The notes beneath the pieces are model-generated. The model was given only the letters and a program-made list of their open reading frames with translations, did not search any database and was not told the origin of the DNA. Below are positions 1 to 8,396 of a stretch of 32,000 bases of DNA, piece by piece; position 1 is the stretch's first letter; the number at the start of each line of letters is the position of its first letter. The stretch lies in assembly GCF_000148385.1 (NCBI RefSeq), contig NC_014537.1:150001-182000 (forward strand), read 5' to 3'. The position numbers were made by a program, and so were the translations under genes. The stretch comes from Vulcanisaeta distributa DSM 14429. Lineage in GTDB: Archaea; Thermoproteota; Thermoprotei; Thermoproteales; Thermocladiaceae.

Positions 1-80
1 TTAGGTTTGATTATGGTAATACCGGTGTATTAGCTTCACAGAACCCTCTTAACAAGTTAATTAGGTACTTTGGGGCTGAC

Positions 81-635
81 ATGGTTGTTGGTGTCAGGGA
101 TGGCGCCGAGGCCAGGGCGAGGTTAGTTAGGGCGTTGGCTGATGAGGTTGAGGCTGTGCTTAGGGGGCATGGTATTCAATACCACAGAAGCCAGTGCGAG
201 GCATTAGCCGAGAAGTTGCTGGGCCTTGGGGTTAAGCCCTCGATTGCGGTTAAGGTCCTAGACTGCGCCCTAGACCCCGAGTGCGATGAGTATGGGCCTG
301 AGTTGAGGAGGCCTGTGGAGGGTGCCTTTGAGGATGTCTTCAACCAATCCCTGGGACCGAACGCCGTTGTTAAGGCCCAGATAATCACAGCCCTCAACAG
401 GTGGTTCCTAAACGACGTGATAAGCCCAGGCGAGGTTTACGGTGAGTACCAGGAACTAAGCGCCCTGGCTAGGGCATTAGGCAGGCGAGTGTACAGGAGG
501 AGCCTCATTAAGGCGGCAATAGCCAGCGTAATAGCCAGGGCACTGGGTATTGAGAGGGCTAGGGAGTTACTAAGGGATGTGGGTGAGGAGCAGGCAGTGG
601 AACTACTCAGGGAGTTAAGGAGGGCGGAGGGCTAA
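81..635 (+). CDS. hypothetical protein (184 aa)
   Basis: Longest ORF locally, with an ATG start and protein-like helical Arg/Ala/Leu/Glu-rich composition. The antisense ORF 176-397 looks spurious. No recognisable motif. Confidence 0.45.
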   Translation: MVVGVRDGAEARARLVRALADEVEAVLRGHGIQYHRSQCEALAEKLLGLGVKPSIAVKVLDCALDPECDEYGPELRRPVEGAFEDVFNQSLGPNAVVKAQIITALNRWFLNDVISPGEVYGEYQELSALARALGRRVYRRSLIKAAIASVIARALGIERARELLRDVGEEQAVELLRELRRAEG

Positions 636-753
636 GGCATGTTAAGGCAGACATCAAGCACCACCTCCCAATCGCCGTAATCTCTCCCAACCTCGATACA
701 CGTGAATCCCCGGTTATTGGGGTCACTTAATGGCTTAATCCCATCCTTAATGC

Positions 754-1299
754 TCATACAACCCTAACCCCCAGCTTGGTTAGGGCGTTGTTTATGTACT
801 GACCGGCGAGGCAGGGCCTCGGGAACCTCCAGAACGGCTTACCCACGCCGAGGGCCTCAACCTCGATTATCCCAACCAACACGGGTGTTGTGGAGGTCAT
901 TGCCTGTATATTGAGTATTGTGTCAGCCCTTAGGTAGCCCCGATCAACGAGCCTACGGTAAGCCCTAACAACATTCGGCGCCTCAGCAACCCTCTCAATG
1001 ACCAGGGCATAGCCAGAGTCAACCAGCGAAATAAGCGACTCAGCACTCTCGGGAGGCCATATGAAGTTACCATCCCAACAAAACCCCCTCCTAACCCTAC
1101 CCCTAACAAGCACGTCACCCAAGCCTATCGGCGACTCCCTAACCTCAAACACCCTGGGGACCACGGAGGCCACAACAACCAAGCCCCTAACCACCAAGGC
1201 AACGGAGCCAAGACCCACCGGGACAGGCCTACTGGGCCTGTCAAAGCCGTAGACGAACAAATTCCTCCTCCTAATAACCCCATCCCTAAAAACCAACAT
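754..1299 (-). CDS. hypothetical protein (ORF open up to 1383; ATG at 1299 preferred)
   Basis: The ORF track gives 754-1383. The internal ATG at 1299 (MLVFRDGV...) lies about 27 nt downstream of a TATA-like 'CTTAAAT' on the minus strand (plus coordinates ~1322-1330). The opposite-strand ORF 1061-1252 is low-complexity P/T-rich and likely spurious. No motif recognised. Confidence 0.4.
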   Translation of the reverse strand: MLVFRDGVIRRRNLFVYGFDRPSRPVPVGLGSVALVVRGLVVVASVVPRVFEVRESPIGLGDVLVRGRVRRGFCWDGNFIWPPESAESLISLVDSGYALVIERVAEAPNVVRAYRRLVDRGYLRADTILNIQAMTSTTPVLVGIIEVEALGVGKPFWRFPRPCLAGQYINNALTKLGVRVV

Positions 1300-1626
1300 C
1301 AATAATGAGTAAGTCACCGATTTAAGAGGGCCTACACACACCAACGGCCGGAGGCCCCTTGGGTTTGTATACCATGCATCCACGACTGCGGTCCTCGTTC
1401 ACGGCTCTTGGCTAGGCCGTATGGCATTGCGAGTGGGTCCACGCATTCAGTGTTACCCACCGTCCTTTGTTTGTAATGCCGTGTAACACGGGCTCGATTC
1501 TCCATGCCACATGCCCATGCTTCTTGACTGTGAACTTCGTGGCTTTTCGTGCTACACGGTTTCGTGGACCATGACACATTTAGTCCTGCGCATGGCCTTT
1601 TAAGTCCATGTTTCCTAACCATTGAG

Positions 1627-1944
1627 ATGAGGTTTAGGAGCGTTAGGGTTAGGGAGGATGTTTATGAGGTGCTCGCTAGGCTCTCCGAAATCAATGGCAC
1701 GTCAATCAATGAGTTAATTCGGCAACTACTCACGGCTTATTTAGCCATCAACGAGATTAAGGAAATGCTTAGGCAGTGCCTTGGCCGATTAAGCATTGGC
1801 ACGGGCCTCAACGCAGTCAGTACCGAGCCCATTAAGGACTCAATTAGGGAGGTTAATGAGCCATTGATTGAATTTGAGGGTAACCCATGGGTTCGGATCA
1901 TTAGGGCTAGGGTGGTCAATGGTGAGGGTCGAGAGGGACATTGA
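1627..1944 (+). CDS. ribbon-helix-helix (CopG/Arc/MetJ-like) DNA-binding protein
   Basis: The N-terminus 'MRFRSVRVREDVYEVLARLSEINGTSINELIRQLLTAYL' fits a beta-strand/helix/helix RHH pattern. ATG 1627 is preferred over the ORF-track start at 1549, because the preceding 26 residues are not protein-like. Confidence 0.6.
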   Translation: MRFRSVRVREDVYEVLARLSEINGTSINELIRQLLTAYLAINEIKEMLRQCLGRLSIGTGLNAVSTEPIKDSIREVNEPLIEFEGNPWVRIIRARVVNGEGREGH

Positions 1945-2500
1945 GGGGTTGGCAGTCGAGAGGCTTAGGGCTAGGTTCCCCGGTAAGGGCAATTCATGGA
2001 TTAAGCGGGCATTGAGGCGTTTTGAGGGTGGCTCGGTTAGGCAGTTGGGTGAGGATGCATGGGTCGTGAGTGGCGACCCAAGGCTTGGCGATAGGTACCC
2101 TAGCTACGTCGTTAGGCTTAGGGACGGTAGGTACCACTGCACGTGCTTCGAGACCAGCTGGGGCTTGCGTAGGAGTGCTGAGGTCTGCACCCACATCGCG
2201 GCGGTGATACTCCACAGGGAGTATTCGAAGTTAATGCAGCCGGTCTATGCCGCAGTCATGACCATGGAGTGCGATGGTGACCACCACGTCGAGGTGCTTG
2301 ATAGGGAGGTCAGGGTGATTAGGCAGGTAAGGGTATTGAATAATGACCTACTTAAACCGAGGTATCGCGTGACCTACGTAATAACGAGCGAGAAGCCAAA
2401 GACAGTAATGGTTAGGTACGCGTGTGGGGATGAGATAGGCGAGCAGGAGATAACACTAGGCAAGACAATGAGGTACATAATCGAGCTAATCATGAGGTAA
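1919..2500 (+). CDS. SWIM zinc-finger protein
   Basis: 'CTCFETSWGLRRSAEVCTH' matches the CxCx(n)CxH SWIM signature. ATG 1919 (ORF open from 1868) overlaps the end of the RHH gene by 26 nt. Confidence 0.65.
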   Translation: MVRVERDIEGLAVERLRARFPGKGNSWIKRALRRFEGGSVRQLGEDAWVVSGDPRLGDRYPSYVVRLRDGRYHCTCFETSWGLRRSAEVCTHIAAVILHREYSKLMQPVYAAVMTMECDGDHHVEVLDREVRVIRQVRVLNNDLLKPRYRVTYVITSEKPKTVMVRYACGDEIGEQEITLGKTMRYIIELIMR

Positions 2501-2968
2501 GGATACTGGGTATTAATTGGGTATTAATAAAGTAACCATTTACTTCTTCCACCCACGTAAGTATAGGTATTGTTACCCACCCTTATTCACGTATGCTAAA
2601 CTCACCATTAACCCTAACACTCACTAATTTACCTGAGGCCATGCTATACACCTCAGTAAACCCCTGACCGATTCCTCATCAACTACATTACTTATCAACG
2701 CATTGCTATAAATAATCTTACTCATTATAACAAATACATATCGGTAATTTCATATCATGCATTTAGTAAATCTCCATACCGACATTAATGACGTTCGTGG
2801 TATTTTTATGGTATTTATTTCATCATAAAATCCGCGAATATCATTAAGTGTCTTGTTATTGACATGATTAATCACTATACCTGTCTTTAGGTAATTCAAT
2901 GTGCTTGTACTTTAATGTTACCTTTATTCAATCAACACTCTGAAAGTTAAATTTTAATTATCAATATC

Positions 2969-3172
2969 ATGTTACTGACTGGCTGGTTACCCTATGCATT
3001 GCTTTCGATATCCACGGCGTATTATCTAGCTGCACTTACATGGAAATTAGCCCAATTAGCACGGTTGGCACTATTATTCTCGAGTGTGATTAGCTGGAGA
3101 TTTCTAGCTCTTTTTGAATTACGCTACATAACTTCACGTTTATTAGGGTCCCGGCATATTAATGATTTATGA
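2969..3172 (+). CDS. small hydrophobic (membrane) protein, 67 aa
   Basis: Hydrophobic sequence. Its stop TGA (3170-3172) overlaps the ATG (3169-3171) of the next gene as ATGA, which suggests translational coupling. Confidence 0.3.
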   Translation: MLLTGWLPYALLSISTAYYLAALTWKLAQLARLALLFSSVISWRFLALFELRYITSRLLGSRHINDL

Positions 3173-3819
3173 CAACCTTAACCATTAAGGATTTATACAT
3201 ACCCATTGGCTGCTTTATCATAATATTATTACTCATAGCGTTAATCGTAACCACGCAAACCGCGCTTGCCTTATCAATGCACTACGGTGATTTGATCTTC
3301 AACATGGTTCTATTTCTGACGTCGCCATTTAACCTCCACGAGTTCATAGCCGTGAAGGTGAACCCTTCAGTAGTATTCTATGAACTTTTCTTAACGTTCA
3401 TGGACCTATTATTGGCAATGTCCCTAATTGGATATAGGTTCAGTGAGTTTAGGAACGTTATATTTTCAATGTTCGCTATGTTCCTAACCATTGTTGTAGC
3501 TAATTACCTGGCCTTTGGAATCCACTACGTAATATGGAGGGAGCCCCTTACGGGCATTTCCGGAATTGCCACGGACTCATCAATAATAATTTTAATAATG
3601 AGTATAGATGCGATGCTCAAGACTTGGAGACGTGAGCCAATAAACACTTATGAATTAGCCTTAACATTGGCGTCACCACCATTCGCAATAGTCACACTAT
3701 ATCTGGCATTAATATCACCCTACTGGATAAATCACGTGATAGACATAATAAGCCTAACACCAACTCTAGCAATAATGTTAAAAATCTTAAATATTAAAAT
3801 ATTTAAAATGATGAGATAA
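3169..3819 (+). CDS. polytopic membrane protein (216 aa, several predicted TM helices)
   Basis: Repeated 20-25 residue hydrophobic stretches (e.g. 'IPIGCFIIILLLIALIVTT', 'FAMFLTIVVANYLAFGIHYVIW'). Lies in an AT-rich block. Confidence 0.5.
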   Translation: MTTLTIKDLYIPIGCFIIILLLIALIVTTQTALALSMHYGDLIFNMVLFLTSPFNLHEFIAVKVNPSVVFYELFLTFMDLLLAMSLIGYRFSEFRNVIFSMFAMFLTIVVANYLAFGIHYVIWREPLTGISGIATDSSIIILIMSIDAMLKTWRREPINTYELALTLASPPFAIVTLYLALISPYWINHVIDIISLTPTLAIMLKILNIKIFKMMR

Positions 3820-3900
3820 TTGCCGAGGAACACTGAAAACCCTTTAAGCAATCCTAACTATCTACTTAATTACATGGCATGCAAATAACAAGTTTAAATC

Positions 3901-3948
3901 TATCATTACCGTAGTTTTAATTTTGGCATTACTTTCATGGTAATGATA
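3901..3948. terminator. perfect 10-bp inverted repeat (TATCATTACC / GGTAATGATA) with T-runs, between convergent genes
   Basis: Arms at 3901-3910 and 3939-3948 are exact reverse complements. The spacer contains 'GTTTTAATTTTGG'. The element sits between the 3' ends of 3169-3819(+) and 3952-4980(-). Confidence 0.3.
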
Positions 3949-3951
3949 TAC

Positions 3952-4980
3952 TTAGCTAGTGCTTAAATCGCCCACCAACTCTGAGTAGCTCCTCATTATC
4001 TTTTCTACCTTTGCCTTTATTGTTTCCTCGCTTTTACCCCTCTCCATCGCCTTAACTATGTACTTCGCCGCTTGCTCAGCCTTCCTAAGCGTTACCCTGC
4101 CCATGTACTCCTCAACCACCTGCCTAACCCAGCCCGGCATCCTCGCGTTGGTGATTGACTCCATGAAGCCAATCAACTCATCAACGCTCGGCTGCGGCAC
4201 CTCAATGGGCACCAGCCTATCCATCAATGGCGCCCACCAATTCGCAGACCTAACCCTTGGGTTGAATGGGTTTGCCGCCGCGACTGCCCTGAGCCAGGGC
4301 ATTTCGAGGCTTACAGCCTTACCGTGCTTCGTAATCCTAAGCCTACCACCATGATCAAGCAACTGCAGTAGTGGGCTTAGTGCGATGTTCCTAGCCTTAT
4401 CAAGCTCATCCAGGAGTAGGTAGTCGACGCACCCAGCCTCGATTATTAAGTCCTCAATACCCGCAGCCGAAGCATCGGCCATATTCACGTAAAGCGGGTT
4501 ATTCGCTACCTCAGCGATTGCATCCAAAATAAGCGTCTTACCACTACCAGGCCCACCAAGCAAAACAACGTGATTACCAGCCTCAAGATTGATTATTAAG
4601 TCATCAACAGCCTCACCAAGGCTGGGCACGAGCTTAAGGACCCTACTACTCAGGTAGCTCGTGACCTCACCAATCGCCTTAGGCTCACACTTCGTTGCCT
4701 CCGCCTCTCCCCACCCCTTCCCACCAATGAGTGAGTTTACTACGTCGATTATGATCCTCCTAGCCTCGGCGCATGGCCTGTTTATTATTGCCCATGTGTA
4801 TGACCTAGACCTCTCAATCCTGAAGCCATACCTCACGAGTAAGGTCCTAAACCTATTGTAGTTCCCGGGGCCGAGGACGTCAATCAACACCCTAACACTA
4901 ACGGTACACTCACCATTATCCTCCCGCATGTATAAGCCATCAATTAATGACTGGGTGTTGAGGGCCCCCACACGACTCAC
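3952..4980 (-). CDS. AAA+ ATPase (MoxR/RuvB/RFC-like core) with N-terminal unknown domain
   Basis: Walker A 'GGPGSGKT' and Walker B 'YLLLDELDK', followed by 'AVAAANP' (sensor-1-like) and 'MDRLVPIEVPQPSVDEL'. The GTG start at 4980 directly abuts the stop (4981-4983) of the upstream gene. Confidence 0.8.
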   Translation of the reverse strand: MSRVGALNTQSLIDGLYMREDNGECTVSVRVLIDVLGPGNYNRFRTLLVRYGFRIERSRSYTWAIINRPCAEARRIIIDVVNSLIGGKGWGEAEATKCEPKAIGEVTSYLSSRVLKLVPSLGEAVDDLIINLEAGNHVVLLGGPGSGKTLILDAIAEVANNPLYVNMADASAAGIEDLIIEAGCVDYLLLDELDKARNIALSPLLQLLDHGGRLRITKHGKAVSLEMPWLRAVAAANPFNPRVRSANWWAPLMDRLVPIEVPQPSVDELIGFMESITNARMPGWVRQVVEEYMGRVTLRKAEQAAKYIVKAMERGKSEETIKAKVEKIMRSYSELVGDLSTS

Positions 4981-5859
4981 CTACTGCATTAGGCGTTCTA
5001 GCAAGCTCACACCCTCCTGCCGGCTCGCCTTAGCCAGCTTAATCACTAGGTCTAGGTGTTTCCTAACTTCATCAACCCTATCGTTGAGTAGGTCCTTGAT
5101 TAACCCACTAACCTCGTTAATGTTGAAGCCGTACCTCAGGGCTTTATGTATAAGCCCCACCAGTACGAACCTTAGGAACTTATTAACATTGTATTTGTGG
5201 AAGACCACAGCCCTAAATGCGTAGGTTGACTCGGGGGTGTCCAGCCCAATGGCATCCGCAATCGCCATTAATTCGGTAATGTTTTTCATGCTCATGAATG
5301 TACTCATCGCCGCCTGGTGCATGGACCGCGCCAGGGTCTTGTCATATGTATCGTAGGCGCCCAGGTTGAATAGGTTGATTATTGATTCCTTAACGAGGTT
5401 CATGGCATCGCTAGCCTCCCCACTTAGTTCATTGCTCACGTACTTAGTGTACATGTCTAGGTATGTGAAGAACGCGAGTGATGTGGTTGATGCAAGCACT
5501 AGGCCTATTGAGGTTGGTAATATGGACATAATCCTACAGCCCGTCTTCGACACTGCGCAGTCATAATCACTCGACCTGCACGTTGAGCCCCTCCTAAACT
5601 TCACAAGGCCATACTCACACAGCCTCCTCAGCATTCGGTAGAGCACACGATGGCTTGTGATGCCGAGGTAATCCCTGGCAAACCCCCTGATGGCCGTGAA
5701 CCTAGCCGCACCACCGGCCAGTGTGTCTAGGGATATCCTCATGAGGAGGATGTCCTCGCAGGTCACGGTTGTCATGAGTGATGGGGCGTTGTCCAAGCCA
5801 TCCACCCTGGCAACCTCATCAACAAACCAACACCACCTAACCCTCCCCAACTGACCCAT
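4981..5859 (-). CDS. winged-helix (wHTH) DNA-binding protein, 292 aa (TTG at 5862 also possible)
   Basis: 'RFTAIRGFARDYLGITSHRVLYRMLRRLCEYGLVKFRRG' fits a helix-turn-helix plus wing pattern. It is co-directional with the AAA+ gene and abuts it. It is divergent from the 5993-10060 operon. Confidence 0.55.
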   Translation of the reverse strand: MGQLGRVRWCWFVDEVARVDGLDNAPSLMTTVTCEDILLMRISLDTLAGGAARFTAIRGFARDYLGITSHRVLYRMLRRLCEYGLVKFRRGSTCRSSDYDCAVSKTGCRIMSILPTSIGLVLASTTSLAFFTYLDMYTKYVSNELSGEASDAMNLVKESIINLFNLGAYDTYDKTLARSMHQAAMSTFMSMKNITELMAIADAIGLDTPESTYAFRAVVFHKYNVNKFLRFVLVGLIHKALRYGFNINEVSGLIKDLLNDRVDEVRKHLDLVIKLAKASRQEGVSLLERLMQ

Positions 5860-5901
5860 CAAATCACCGGCAATAACTACCTTAGAATTTACACTTAAAT
5901 T

Positions 5902-5993
5902 AGTTACTGAAACCTCAAGTTACTGAACCCGATAAACAACTCGGTAACTAACCATAGAGAAAAGCAATTTAAAAATGCGTATCTCGGTAACTA
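5902..5993. promoter_or_regulatory. divergent promoter region with repeated AGTTAC/GTAACT motifs and TATA box
   Basis: 'AGTTACTGAA' occurs at 5902-5911 and 5918-5927. The inverted-orientation 'TCGGTAACTA' occurs at 5941-5950 and 5984-5993. The TATA-like 'TTTAAAAA' at 5968-5975 lies about 22-25 nt upstream of ATG 5993/5996. Confidence 0.4.
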
Positions 5994-7186
5994 TGATGAG
6001 CACTGGGGGCTTAGGTAATAAGTGCAATAGGTGTGATAGGAGGTGTGAGTTGAATCAGTTGCAGGGTAGGGGTTGTGGCTCAGTAACGATCGGTGATGAG
6101 GTGATTGACTACGGGGACCTCTGCGTAGACATTGGGGATGTAATAGGCATACTAGAGCACGGCGACATAGACCTTGCGGAGGCCCTGAGGCAATTCATCA
6201 ACACAAAGTCCTTCAATGCAGACCTATGCGAGCTTTGCGGCGATTATAACCAAAGGATTACCTGCACCGAGAACTTAGCCATTTACTGCTCAGATGAGGA
6301 TAAGATATACTACAACATTGATAGGGTCGCTGAGTGGTTAACTAAGCTTTACATAACGAATATGGGCACACTCATGAAGCAGCTAGCCAGTGAGTTAAAG
6401 GATGTGTTGATTAAGAATAGCAACTTCAAGCTTGGGGTACCACTGGGCCTCGTCATGAGAATCGCCGCCGAAGCGACTGTGGATGTTGCAATGACGTATC
6501 TACTCAGTCACGAGAGATACCACTGGGCGCATGGGCCTGGCGAATTCCCACCAGAGGAGGAGGTCATGGCCGCAGCGTATGGAATGTACACTGCTTACAC
6601 CGAATCACTCAATCCACTGGTTAAGTTCATATCAATGATTAGCAAGTCCCTGCCAGAAGGACATGCGCACCTGAGGTTTAGAGCATTCTCACTGCCGGGA
6701 ACTACTAGGTACTTGCTTAGCACGTTACTGAAAGGCTACTTCAAACACCTAACGCTGGCAAGGCTTGCCTACGATAATGCACTCCTAAAGGACTACTCAG
6801 GCTTTACCAAGTACCTAGACCCAATACCCAGCGAGCCTAGGCTCGTAATCCTAAGCAATGGCATAATAACCGTCCCAATCATCGGTAGGAGCTACGAGAT
6901 AATCGCAAACTTCGCAATGAATGATGATCAATACGTGCAAATAATTCATGACGACCGCAGAATCCTCGATGTGGAAATGAGCATAAAGTCGGTAGAGCCA
7001 AAATTCACGGGGGAGCCAAGGATAAGGAGGGGCGAGGTTCGTGAGGAGTATAAGCACTGTGAGGTCTGCATAGACCTTAAACCAAGCCAATGGCTAATAC
7101 CCATTGAGTCAATAATCAATTATAATTACCTAAAAATAAGTCAAGTGACTCCAGAAGTCTTAAAAGCAATTGTTAATGGTGATTAA
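5993..7186 (+). CDS. HExxH metallopeptidase-like protein with N-terminal Cys clusters (ORF open from 5975)
   Basis: 'SHERYHW' (HExxH at 6509-6523) is followed by 'EEEVMAAAYGMY'. N-terminal Cys clusters are 'CNRCDRRCE...C' and 'CELCGD...C...C'. It is paralogous to the 20775-21650 product ('IYYNIDRVAEWL' vs 'IYYVVPSIANDL'). ATG 5975 overlaps the putative TATA box, so 5993/5996 is preferred. Confidence 0.6.
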   Translation: MMSTGGLGNKCNRCDRRCELNQLQGRGCGSVTIGDEVIDYGDLCVDIGDVIGILEHGDIDLAEALRQFINTKSFNADLCELCGDYNQRITCTENLAIYCSDEDKIYYNIDRVAEWLTKLYITNMGTLMKQLASELKDVLIKNSNFKLGVPLGLVMRIAAEATVDVAMTYLLSHERYHWAHGPGEFPPEEEVMAAAYGMYTAYTESLNPLVKFISMISKSLPEGHAHLRFRAFSLPGTTRYLLSTLLKGYFKHLTLARLAYDNALLKDYSGFTKYLDPIPSEPRLVILSNGIITVPIIGRSYEIIANFAMNDDQYVQIIHDDRRILDVEMSIKSVEPKFTGEPRIRRGEVREEYKHCEVCIDLKPSQWLIPIESIINYNYLKISQVTPEVLKAIVNGD

Positions 7187-8396
7187 TGTGGCTCAGTCCC
7201 TACCAGCAATGGCTAGCGTTGGCAATATTGTTAGGAATTGGAATGACTGGGTCAAGAACTTCTTCAATGCCTATATAGCGCCCCTGAATCAATGTGCCGA
7301 GGAGCTACTGAAGCAGTTCGGCAATATTAATAATGAGTTCGTGGAGTACGTAAGGCTAATCCACGACCTAACGGATAAGATACTAAGTAGGACTGGGGTA
7401 ATCGCGGATTCGGCAATTACGCCATGCAGCATTGAGAGGTTTCTCGAGTATGCCGTGAACTCATCAGCAGGTCACAACCCATTCATGTTCTTCGCCTGGA
7501 GCATTAGAACAACAACGCCAATACACTTTAGGGCATACTACGGAGACCCAAGCAATTACACTACTATACTAAGTAACCTTGGTTACGACAAAATACAGAA
7601 CGCACCACAACCAGTAAGTCTATGCCCAGGTTGCAACCCAAGCGAGTACTCACTCCATGGCTACCCAGATTGGTTAATCAATGGAAACGTCGAATACGTA
7701 CCTGGCTACTACCCAAGGCTTTCCCTGAAATTCGAGGAGAATGCTTGGAATAAATTCATCAGCAGCGCCTCGACATTAGGCGGCTTACTCGCCAGACTTA
7801 ATGAAGCGATATGGAGTATGATAAATGATGCTACCTGGCTATCCTCCCTCTACTACTATTCACAGAATAACCAGATTATTCCATTGAGATCATCATTAAT
7901 TGACTACGCCATGAAAGTAAGCAAAAGCCTAGAACCAATCAGTGCGCAATATGTTAATCATTACGTATGCCGTGGTGGTGACGTTGATAGCAAATTTGAC
8001 GTATTCTGTAGAAACGTGGTTACAAGCGTTTATGCAGACATAAATACCATATCGCGATCATTAACCACATTACTCGATGCTCTTCATAATAAATTCAACA
8101 GTGATACTGCACGTGATGAACCCACATACCATATTTACTTAGTCAACAATAACGACCGTAACTGTAAAGCTGGTCGTTTTGAATATGGGCTTTATTACGT
8201 TCCTATGCCGTGGTGCTCATACATGGATATGGTAATACCTCAGGTAATGCTCGGCAGACTAGAGCTGGTAAGTATTAACATGAATAGTCTCATTAATGAA
8301 CTTAGTAAAGCTTATGTTAGTGAGGAACGTCAACGTATTATTCAGTTTCTTAATACATACACAGGCACATACACGGTTTTGCTTAGGTGGTTATGA
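7170..8396 (+). CDS. hypothetical protein (408 aa), paralogue of 16336-17526 product
   Basis: Shared block 'HNPFMFFAWSIRTTTPIHFRAYYGD' vs 'YNPFTFFIQSLDFTPKPYLRLMYCD'. The start is ambiguous (TTG 7170, ATG 7176, GTG 7188) and overlaps or abuts the upstream stop at 7184-7186. Confidence 0.6.
   Translation: MLMVINVAQSLPAMASVGNIVRNWNDWVKNFFNAYIAPLNQCAEELLKQFGNINNEFVEYVRLIHDLTDKILSRTGVIADSAITPCSIERFLEYAVNSSAGHNPFMFFAWSIRTTTPIHFRAYYGDPSNYTTILSNLGYDKIQNAPQPVSLCPGCNPSEYSLHGYPDWLINGNVEYVPGYYPRLSLKFEENAWNKFISSASTLGGLLARLNEAIWSMINDATWLSSLYYYSQNNQIIPLRSSLIDYAMKVSKSLEPISAQYVNHYVCRGGDVDSKFDVFCRNVVTSVYADINTISRSLTTLLDALHNKFNSDTARDEPTYHIYLVNNNDRNCKAGRFEYGLYYVPMPWCSYMDMVIPQVMLGRLELVSINMNSLINELSKAYVSEERQRIIQFLNTYTGTYTVLLRWL

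Noticed and set aside
632-757. 41-aa minus-strand ORF starting on an ATGA overlap with the stop of the 754-1299 gene
   Set aside because: It is very short, has no motif, and overlaps the 3' end of the 81-635 gene. This is insufficient support to call a gene.
1384-1626. 240-nt GC-rich ORF-poor gap, examined as a possible tRNA, C/D-box sRNA or other ncRNA (also the 96-aa ORF 1332-1622 on the minus strand)
   Set aside because: I found no cloverleaf arms or T-loop consensus on either strand, no RUGAUGA/CUGA box pairs, and only a weak 6-bp hairpin. The 96-aa ORF has an implausible composition. I cannot exclude an ncRNA without covariance-model scans.
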